Positions 38,046 to 45,135 of a stretch of 45,135 nt of DNA are shown piece after piece (the stretch's first letter is position 1; each line of letters opens with the position of its first letter). The stretch comes from Desulfatiglandales bacterium (lineage in GTDB: Bacteria; Desulfobacterota; DSM-4660; Desulfatiglandales; HGW-15): positions 1-45,135 of the forward strand of contig JAQYVK010000604.1 in assembly GCA_030145585.1 (NCBI GenBank), read 5' to 3'. Below the pieces are notes generated by a model. That model was not told the origin of the DNA. It searched no databases and saw only the letters and a list, made by a program, of their open reading frames with translations. The position numbers and the translations under genes were made by a program.

Positions 38046-39668
38046 TTACCGGCTTTTGTTATCTGGTGTAATCCTCTGTTGTCTATCAATGATGTTGGAC
38101 TCGCGGATTTCAAGCTCATCTGATGAACTGGAACTGCTTGCCTTTACTTTCAATAGATTTTGGCTGTCGATCTCAAATTCAACATCAATATTCTCTTCAC
38201 CACGTGGTTTTGGCGGGATCCCCTTAAGAAAGAATTCACCTATGCACTTAGCGCTATCAGATGATACATATTCAACATCTTCAGAGGACTGAAACACTAT
38301 AATAGCCAACTCTGTGATATTGTCTTCCGGCGTTGTATACTCTTTACTGACGGTAACGGGGCCCTCCGCCGGTATCTCCGTATCCTTAGGTATCAGACAG
38401 TTAAATTTGCCTCCAACAACTTCGATACCCAGGTTGTGAGTGACAATATTATCGATGTCGATCACAAATTCAGGAGTGTCTTCTTCAGGACGTTCCAATT
38501 CAGGATCCGGCAACATCATAGTAGCCCCGAGTATGGCGGCGCCTCGAGCTATTGCAGTATCCGGATCTGTATCAGAATAAGGTTCTTTTCCGAACATTTC
38601 ATGCAACATTTCTTTTACCAATGGGATCTTACTGGAACCGCCGACAAGGATGATCCTATCAATATCTTCAATCTCAAATTTTGCAGCACTTAAAGCCTTT
38701 TCAACTGAATCCTTGGTTTGAAGTATCAGGTCATGGATTTCTTCATTGAATTGTTCCCGGGTGATCTCAAAATTATCTATATGGTGAGGCTGCCCGGTCT
38801 CGTCATGGATGAAGTTAGGGATATCGATTGAGGTCGTGGTTGCTTCGGAGAGTTCATGTTTTGCAGCAATTACTGCTTCAAGCAGTTTTTGTTGAGCTTC
38901 TCTGGCTTCTTTAGTGATTCCCTGGTCCTTATCTGGATCATAAATATCGATATTGGATGCCTTGGCAAACTCGCCGGCCACTCTTTTCATAATCCTTTGG
39001 TCAAAATCATCTCCGCCCAGCTTTTGAATGCCTTCCTTTGCAAGAACTTTAAACTGTTTGTTGGCATTTCCTGTGGAGTCGACTTCAAGGATAGAAACAT
39101 CAAATGTACCGCCACCAAGATCATAGACAAGAACTGTCTGAACCCGCTCTTTTTCGAGAGCGTATGCATACGCAGCAGCTATAGGCTCTTCTAACAGGGT
39201 TAACATCTCAAGATTAGCAAGTTCTCCAGCCATTTGAGTTGCTTTCTTTTGTGCATCATTGAAATTAGCGGGTACACAAATAACAGCATACTTCGGGGTG
39301 CCGCCGAGATCGACCGTTTCATTTTGTAGAATACCGTCGATCAATTTCGAAAGAATTTCAGCGGAAACCTCCACTGGTGTAAAGACCTTCCCTGGAATCT
39401 CTTCAAACTCCTTTTCCCAGTCTGTCGCCATATGCCGCTTTATCGACGAGACTGTGCTTTCTGGCGCAATTAAATTGCGAGACTTTGCCTGGCTGCCAAC
39501 GAGAATTTCGCCGTCTTTTAGGACAGACATGACAGACGGCATAGTCTTGGTGCCATTAATATTAATGATTTCAGGCTCTCCCGTTTTATAGATCCCGGCT
39601 GCACAATTGGTTGTCCCAAGATCGATTCCTAAAACATAGCTGCTGGATTTTTCAACTAATGCGGTCAT
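38046..39668 (-). CDS. Atypical Hsp70 family protein A (lid-less, acidic substrate-binding domain)
   Basis: GIDLGTTN, IKRHM, VPANFNDAQ, EEPIAAA, YDLGGGTFD, LVGGSSKIP; GGAGG RBS; ends shortly after SBD-beta. Confidence 0.93.
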   Translation of the reverse strand: MTALVEKSSSYVLGIDLGTTNCAAGIYKTGEPEIININGTKTMPSVMSVLKDGEILVGSQAKSRNLIAPESTVSSIKRHMATDWEKEFEEIPGKVFTPVEVSAEILSKLIDGILQNETVDLGGTPKYAVICVPANFNDAQKKATQMAGELANLEMLTLLEEPIAAAYAYALEKERVQTVLVYDLGGGTFDVSILEVDSTGNANKQFKVLAKEGIQKLGGDDFDQRIMKRVAGEFAKASNIDIYDPDKDQGITKEAREAQQKLLEAVIAAKHELSEATTTSIDIPNFIHDETGQPHHIDNFEITREQFNEEIHDLILQTKDSVEKALSAAKFEIEDIDRIILVGGSSKIPLVKEMLHEMFGKEPYSDTDPDTAIARGAAILGATMMLPDPELERPEEDTPEFVIDIDNIVTHNLGIEVVGGKFNCLIPKDTEIPAEGPVTVSKEYTTPEDNITELAIIVFQSSEDVEYVSSDSAKCIGEFFLKGIPPKPRGEENIDVEFEIDSQNLLKVKASSSSSSDELEIRESNIIDRQQRITPDNKSR

Positions 39669-39743
39669 TTTGTTCCTCCGTTTAATTCGTTCATTATATT
39701 TTGATTTCCCTTTAAAAATTCTTAAGTGTGCTTTTTATTTGTC

Positions 39744-39759
39744 TGCGAACATCGTGCCA
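39744..39759 (-). promoter_or_regulatory. Putative sigma54 (-24/-12) promoter of the Hsp70 cassette
   Basis: TGGCACGATGTTCGCA, GG-N10-GC spacing, one mismatch to TGGCACG-N4-TTGCA, 75 bp upstream of the ATG. Confidence 0.65.
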
Positions 39760-40260
39760 AACTGTTAGCATCTGGAAATTGCATTAGATATCAAATAGAT
39801 ATGAAGATGACTCCAAATTTCCGGTCTGAAACGTGTTTATAAATTGACAATTCAATCAAAAAAGTGGCCAGGCAGACACATATTGACCATTGGGAGCGTA
39901 TCTGCTCACTTACGCATTGACAAAAATGGTCCGGACGTTCGTGCAGAACATGCATATATGAAAAGATAAGAAGTGGCTATTTCAAAGCGGATGAATCGAG
40001 AATGGTGACTTGTGTATCGGTTTCAACTGCAGCACAACATATTGAAGTGCCCATTAATGCAAACAATAATTATCCGAACAACCAAGCAGGTTTTGTTGTT
40101 AAGATTAATTTTTTTACGCCGGGGAACTTACGTCCTTAGGCAATTAAATAACTCAGCCAGAAGAGATAATTGTAAAATAGAAGCCTGTTCAAATGATAGA
40201 ATAGTTTGTGAATTACTAAAGGATTGTCCCCCATTTCACTAATCCGAAGATAATCAGAAC

Positions 40261-40419
40261 CCCCTTCTCACAAGCCCATGTGATGCGCCCAGACGGTGGC
40301 TTGACGCCACAGGGCTTCGCACCCTTCAGGAATAGCAGCTCTTTTCCCGACCCAAAGCCAACTTGGACACGCTCCTTAAAAACGGATGAACCTCCAATTA
40401 CTCTCCGTTGCCAGAATGC
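40261..40419 (+). repeat. Right copy of the direct repeat: degenerate aspS 3' fragment plus downstream DNA
   Basis: 40261-40335 reads PLLTSPCDAPRRWLDATGLRTLQE*, colinear with AspS PLTDAPSGVGEDQLEELGLRTRQE*. Confidence 0.8.
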
Positions 40420-40481
40420 GCCACATATTTTTCTTGACAGGTGATTCTATTTGAGAGATAAATTAGGGTTCTTAATTTTCA

Positions 40482-40784
40482 ATGGACAGAAAGGATGTGA
40501 TACCCATGGTTTGTACCAGTGTAAAGGAAGGGACGGAATGTTCCTTCATGGGCAGCAAAGGCTGTCAATTTAATGGGGGCAACTGCCACCCCATAACTGA
40601 GAAATGTGAAGGCTGCCAAAAGGTTGTTAAAAGACCCTCCGGCGATTACTGCCTGGCTTTTCCGGACCCGACCATCAAATGGCGATTCGGAAACTGCAGT
40701 ATGGCTACCCATATGAAGGCCAAGGACGAGAAGAAAAACGGGAAAGTCAATCCCCTCAAGGCCTCGAAGCGGCGAGCCCACTAA
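40482..40784 (+). CDS. PxxKW family cysteine-rich protein
   Basis: Cys-rich, with YCLAFPDPTIKWRFGNCSMATH and a KVNPLKASKR tail. Confidence 0.88.
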   Translation: MDRKDVIPMVCTSVKEGTECSFMGSKGCQFNGGNCHPITEKCEGCQKVVKRPSGDYCLAFPDPTIKWRFGNCSMATHMKAKDEKKNGKVNPLKASKRRAH

Positions 40785-40908
40785 GACCTTAGGTCCAACA
40801 AACTCCCGAAAACAAATCAATTAAAATTCAGAACCGGATTCGACGGCTGATTTTTAATAAGGCAGTGGTGTGTCCAGAATTCGAACTTGAGGATCAACGA
40901 ATCGGGCC

Positions 40909-41136
40909 TATAGTAATTGTCAGAAATATGGTCCGATTGGCCTTTTTATTAAATCCCCCTGGCCCCCTTTGTCAAAGGGGGAACTTATGAAGGCCTGAAG
41001 CCATGTCAGCACAACTATGGCCGCAATGAGCAATGCCGGAGTGTAAGCATTCCCCCCTTTCAAAAAGGGGGGCAGGGGGGATTTTGTATTGTCGCACACG
41101 CCTTCCAATCGGAAAATATTTATGACATCAGCTATA
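40909..41136 (-). mobile_element. About 230-bp MITE, copy 2
   Basis: Ends TATAGTAATTGTCAGAAATAT vs TATAGCTGATGTCATAAATAT (16/21); inverted copy of 14035-14268. Confidence 0.85.
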
Positions 41137-41141
41137 AAAGA

Positions 41142-41879
41142 CTATCTTTTCAGATAAACGAAGAACTCCCGATTTCCTTTTGGGCCGAGGAGCGGGGAGG
41201 GCATTTTTCCCGAAACAGTCCACCCCAACCCTTCAAAGAATCGGCTTAGTCCCTCCACGACCTCCTCATGAAGGGAAGGATCCCGGACAACACCCCCCTT
41301 TCCCACTTTGCCCTTTCCCACCTCGAATTGGGGTTTGATGAGGGCTATAATATAAGCCTCTTTTGGAAGGAGATCCGAGACGGGGGGGACCACTATTCTC
41401 AGGGAGATAAATGAGGCATCGATAACGGCGCCGTCGATCGCCGTTTCCAAATCATCAGATTTCAGATATCGGATATTCGTTCTTTCCAGGAGCATCACGC
41501 GGGGGTCCTGGCGAAGTTTCCAATCCAGTTGGCCGTAACCCACGTCCACCGCAATGATCCTTTTTGCCCCCTTCTGAAGTAAACAATCCGTAAAACCGCC
41601 CGTAGACACCCCAACATCCAGAAGGGTGTCGCCCCTTACATCGACTGAGAATTGTTCGAGGGCCGCTTCGAGTTTTAAGCCCCCGCGGCTGACATAGGGA
41701 GATGGTGGGGTTTTTAGGGATATGTGGGATGAGATGGGGGTAAGATGCCCAGGTTTGTCTGCCAGGGCCTTGTCGACCTCCACTTGACCGGCCATGATCA
41801 TTCTTTTCGCCGTTTCACGGCTCTCGGCCAAACCCTGTTGAACCAGAAGGAGATCGAGTCTGATTTTTTTATCTGTTAT
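41142..41879 (-). CDS. tlyA: TlyA family rRNA (cytidine-2'-O)-methyltransferase
   Basis: [33 protein letters not shown]; the S4 domain ([14 protein letters not shown]) extends upstream of the called TTG to an ATA at 41879. Confidence 0.92.
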   Translation of the reverse strand: MTDKKIRLDLLLVQQGLAESRETAKRMIMAGQVEVDKALADKPGHLTPISSHISLKTPPSPYVSRGGLKLEAALEQFSVDVRGDTLLDVGVSTGGFTDCLLQKGAKRIIAVDVGYGQLDWKLRQDPRVMLLERTNIRYLKSDDLETAIDGAVIDASFISLRIVVPPVSDLLPKEAYIIALIKPQFEVGKGKVGKGGVVRDPSLHEEVVEGLSRFFEGLGWTVSGKMPSPLLGPKGNREFFVYLKR

Positions 41880-43807
41880 TTGTTTAACTCCTTGGAATTT
41901 TCGGGACGTCTGATGCTGCGACAGAGTTCTCTTGCCTCGTTCATGATCCCTGATTTATCCAAGCCATACTTTTCCCTGAGTATGGCTGTAGGGCCGTGTT
42001 CAACAAAACGGTCCGGAAGGCCCAGCCTTTTTATCCGGACATCCCGAACATCCAGGTCGCTGAATAATTCCAGGACGGCGCCACCCAACCCGCCTTGCCT
42101 GATATTCTCTTCCACGATGAGTACCCTGCCTGTGGATCCGGCATACGCCGCAAGCTTTTCATCCAAGGGCTTTACAAAACGACAATTGATGACACCCACG
42201 GAGAGGCCCTCCTCTTCTAGGAGCTGGGAAGCTTCCATGGAAGGAGAAACCATACTCCCCAGGGCTATGATCAGGAGATCTTTGCCTTCTTTGAGCAACT
42301 CCGATTGCCCCAGAGGGAGGGTTTGATAATCCTTGTCAAAGGTCACACCGAGGCCATTCCCCCTCGGGTATCGTATAGCCACGGGCCCGGGCTGTTTTAG
42401 GGCCGTGTAGATCATGTGTCTCAATTCATTTTCATCTTTGGGCGCCATGACCGTCATATTGGGCAGGCTCCTGAGGTAGGTGATATCGAAGTGGCCGTGG
42501 TGTGTTGGACCGTCTGCACCGACCAATCCGCCTCGATCCAGGCAAAAGACGACCGGCAGATTCGGAAGACATACATCATGGATAATTTGATCAAAAGCCC
42601 TCTGAAGGAAGGTGGAATAAATGGCGACCACCGGTCGAAAACCCTCTGTGGCGAGGCCTGCGGCAAAGGTGACGGCGTGCTGCTCAGCAATACCCACATC
42701 CAGAAATCGATCCGGGAAAGTTTTAGCGAAGTTGTTAAGACCGGTGCCCTCAGGCATGGCAGCGGTTATTGCGAAGAGATTCTTATCCCGTTTTCCCAAG
42801 TCGACCATGGTGTCCCCGAAGACCCGGGTATAGGATGGGGGTGAGCTCTCTGAGGTCTTTGGAGGGGTCCCTGTGGCGATTTCAAAGGCCCCGACACCGT
42901 GATAAAAGGCGGGATCTTTTTCGGCAGGTTCGTATCCTTTTCCCTTTTTCGTCAGAACGTGGACCAGGACCGGTCCTTCCAGATGTAACGTATTGTTGAA
43001 GGTATCGATGAGGTGGTCGAGACGATGTCCCTGAATGGGGCCTATATATCTGAATTTAAAGGCCTCAAAAAGCATACCGGGTGTAAAAAAGGTGATAAAA
43101 GAGTCTTCGCTCTTTCGGGCGAGGTTCAGGATATTTTCTCCGACCCCGGGTAGCGATTTCAGGAAATTATGCAGTTCTTTCCGGAAAAAAGTTAATCGGC
43201 GTCCCGTAATCTTCCGGCTGACGAACGATGAAAAGGCGCCAACATTCGGTGCGATGGACATGGCATTGTCATTCAGGACCACGATGAGATTTTTCTCTGT
43301 ATGGCCGGCCTGGTTGAGCCCCTCAAAAGCCATACCGGCGGTGGTGGAGCCATCGCCGATCACAGAGATGACCCGGCTTTTTTCTCCCTTCAGACCTTTT
43401 GCCGTGGATATGCCGAGACCGGCCGAGATGGAAGTACTGCTGTGCCCCGTATTAAATGTATCGTAGGGACTTTCCTCTCGCTTGGGAAAACCACTGATCC
43501 CACCATAGGTCCTTAAAGTATGGAATGTATCTCTGCGGTTGGTCAAAAGCTTGTGGGCGTATGCCTGATGGCCCACATCCCATATGATCTTATCCTTAGG
43601 GGCATCAAACACATAATGCAGCGCAAGGGTAAGTTCCACGACACCCAGGCTGGGGGCCAAGTGCCCTCCGGTTTTTGAAACAGTCTCGATGATTTTGTCC
43701 CTGATTTCTTGGGCCAATAGGGTCAGGTCTTCCGGAGAGAGGGTCTTAAGATCCGCCGGACTGTTGATTCGCTCAAGGAGACTTTGCTGGTTCTTTTCAT
43801 TCATCAT
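41876..43807 (-). CDS. dxs: 1-deoxy-D-xylulose-5-phosphate synthase
   Basis: [26 protein letters not shown]...[19 protein letters not shown]. Confidence 0.98.
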   Translation of the reverse strand: MMNEKNQQSLLERINSPADLKTLSPEDLTLLAQEIRDKIIETVSKTGGHLAPSLGVVELTLALHYVFDAPKDKIIWDVGHQAYAHKLLTNRRDTFHTLRTYGGISGFPKREESPYDTFNTGHSSTSISAGLGISTAKGLKGEKSRVISVIGDGSTTAGMAFEGLNQAGHTEKNLIVVLNDNAMSIAPNVGAFSSFVSRKITGRRLTFFRKELHNFLKSLPGVGENILNLARKSEDSFITFFTPGMLFEAFKFRYIGPIQGHRLDHLIDTFNNTLHLEGPVLVHVLTKKGKGYEPAEKDPAFYHGVGAFEIATGTPPKTSESSPPSYTRVFGDTMVDLGKRDKNLFAITAAMPEGTGLNNFAKTFPDRFLDVGIAEQHAVTFAAGLATEGFRPVVAIYSTFLQRAFDQIIHDVCLPNLPVVFCLDRGGLVGADGPTHHGHFDITYLRSLPNMTVMAPKDENELRHMIYTALKQPGPVAIRYPRGNGLGVTFDKDYQTLPLGQSELLKEGKDLLIIALGSMVSPSMEASQLLEEEGLSVGVINCRFVKPLDEKLAAYAGSTGRVLIVEENIRQGGLGGAVLELFSDLDVRDVRIKRLGLPDRFVEHGPTAILREKYGLDKSGIMNEARELCRSIRRPENSKELNK

Positions 43808-44694
43808 TTTTTTCTTTCAATTATGTAATGGGCGATATCCCTCAACGGATCTGCGCGGTGATCAAACGATCCTAATGACTCAACAGCCCCCTTGATCATC
43901 GCCCTTTGGATCTCTTTTGATTTGTCCAGGCCAAGGACGGAGGGATAAGTGATTTTCCCCTTCCGTTCATCATTCCCAACGCCCTTTCCAAGGGTCCGGA
44001 TATCCCCCTCGATGTCAAGAATATCATCCGCAATCTGGAAGGCCAATCCGATCTTTTGGCCATAGGATTGAATCGACTCTATCTGGCCTGCGGATCCGCC
44101 GCCGATTAAAGCACCCGAAACGACCGAGGCTGTAATCAAGGCCCCAGTCTTATGGGTATGGATAAACTCTACAACTGACGCCTCGACCTCTTTGCCTTCC
44201 GATTGGATATCCACGACCTGACCACCCACCATGCCCTGGTACCCGGAGGCAGAAGCAATCATGGGGATGACTTTGAGAAGGGCGGGGGATGACACGGGTC
44301 TTGATAAATCTTTCCTGCCCATGAGATGAAAAGCTTCCGTCAAAAGGCCGTCTCCGGCGAGGATTGCTACGGCTTCACCGAAGGCCTTGTGGCACGTCGG
44401 TTTTCCCCGTCTCATATCATCATCATCCATGGCGGGCAGGTCATCATGGATAAGAGAATAGGAGTGGATCAACTCCAGTGCGCACGCGACCGGAAGGACA
44501 TCCCGCTCATCACCTCCCACTGATGCGGTCCCAGCTATGCACAGGATCGGCCTCAGTCTTTTTCCTCCGGCGAAAAGGCTGTAACGCATCGCCTCGATAA
44601 CGTCTGAGGCAGGGCCCTCCGGTCTTGGGAAAAACCGATCCAAAGCCTCCTCAACAATCGCCCTTTTTTTTTCCAGGTAGACCTTTAATTCCAT
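43804..44694 (-). CDS. ispA: Farnesyl/geranylgeranyl diphosphate synthase
   Basis: [34 protein letters not shown]. Confidence 0.95.
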   Translation of the reverse strand: MELKVYLEKKRAIVEEALDRFFPRPEGPASDVIEAMRYSLFAGGKRLRPILCIAGTASVGGDERDVLPVACALELIHSYSLIHDDLPAMDDDDMRRGKPTCHKAFGEAVAILAGDGLLTEAFHLMGRKDLSRPVSSPALLKVIPMIASASGYQGMVGGQVVDIQSEGKEVEASVVEFIHTHKTGALITASVVSGALIGGGSAGQIESIQSYGQKIGLAFQIADDILDIEGDIRTLGKGVGNDERKGKITYPSVLGLDKSKEIQRAMIKGAVESLGSFDHRADPLRDIAHYIIERKK

Positions 44695-44696
44695 AT

Positions 44697-44936
44697 TCAG
44701 GATTCTTCATCTTCTCCTATTTTAATGGGCTGCTGTGCAAGGTTGCCTTCGCTCCCTTGAACGAGCGTGGTCACCTTTTGTTCCGCCTCTTCCAGCTTTT
44801 CGGAGCAGAATTTGATCAGCTTCATGCCTTCTTCAAAGGTTGCCAGGGATTCCTCCAAAGTCAATTCCCCTTCTTCCAGGCCTTGAACGATATTTTCAAG
44901 TTGCTCCATCGCATCCTCAAATTTTAATTGAGCCAT
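44697..44936 (-). CDS. xseB: Exodeoxyribonuclease VII small subunit
   Basis: FEDAMEQLENIVQGLEEGELTLEESLATFEEG; xseB-ispA-dxs-tlyA order. Confidence 0.95.
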   Translation of the reverse strand: MAQLKFEDAMEQLENIVQGLEEGELTLEESLATFEEGMKLIKFCSEKLEEAEQKVTTLVQGSEGNLAQQPIKIGEDEES

Positions 44937-45014
44937 GTTTCCTCCCTTGAAATGACTGTTTACAATCCCAAAAGCATGAACGGATATGGTAAGGAAAAAA
45001 GGTGATCGAGGGTC

Positions 45015-45134
45015 CTATTCCCCCAATTGTTCGCTTATTTTCGTTAATCCCAGGGGATCTACCCGTGCACCGTTGACCCGGACACCCAAATGGAGATGGG
45101 GCCCGGTGACACGCCCCGTAGACCCTACAAGCCC
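45015..45134 (-). CDS. M23 family metallopeptidase, C-terminal part (runs off the window edge)
   Basis: Reads GLVGSTGRVTGPHLHLGVRVNGARVDPL...*, with the HLH zinc motif. Confidence 0.88.
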   Translation of the reverse strand, partial: GLVGSTGRVTGPHLHLGVRVNGARVDPLGLTKISEQLGE

Positions 45135-45135
45135 T

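Noticed and set aside
34988-39668. Calling the island genes dnaK and grpE
   Set aside because: Truncated C-termini, altered linkers, island context and absence of dnaJ/hrcA argue against housekeeping orthology, so symbols were left blank.
40280-40375. Cloverleaf-like fold on the minus strand (possible tRNA-like or novel ncRNA)
   Set aside because: No TTCG T-loop or CCA end and a poor anticodon stem; the sequence is better explained as the degenerate duplicate of the aspS 3' end.

Overview
Bacterial chromosome segment; gene content (rpoH, PxxKW protein, DUF2007, mfd-surA-rodZ-tyrS order) suggests a Desulfobacterota/deltaproteobacterium (inference). Left to right: a minus-strand cytoplasmic molybdopterin oxidoreductase / 4Fe-4S / FAD-NAD(P)H oxidoreductase / MFS cluster; YfgM-like TPR protein, dedA-family gene and moaA; an Rrf2-thiS-metY-thiF-JAB-tusA sulfur-carrier operon with two candidate Rrf2 operators; a housekeeping run (mfd, two PPIases, rodZ, tyrS, rpoH, TPR and LolB-like lipoproteins); a PilT paralogue with degenerate catalytic motifs; an ArsA/GET3-like ATPase; hisS-aspS; a ~5.7 kb AT-richer island; then PxxKW, tlyA, dxs, ispA, xseB and a partial M23 peptidase. 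The island is the best candidate for an undescribed system. It is bracketed by a diverged direct duplication of the aspS 3' end and carries a deleted RAYT-type element plus a putative sigma54-driven cassette of two lid-less, allosterically degenerate Hsp70s around a greatly extended GrpE-like protein, with no J-domain gene. Many intergenic spaces hold MITE-like elements, inverted short tandem-repeat arms and REP-like hairpins, several nested inside one another. No rRNA, tRNA or CRISPR array was seen. All alignments and counts were done by eye.
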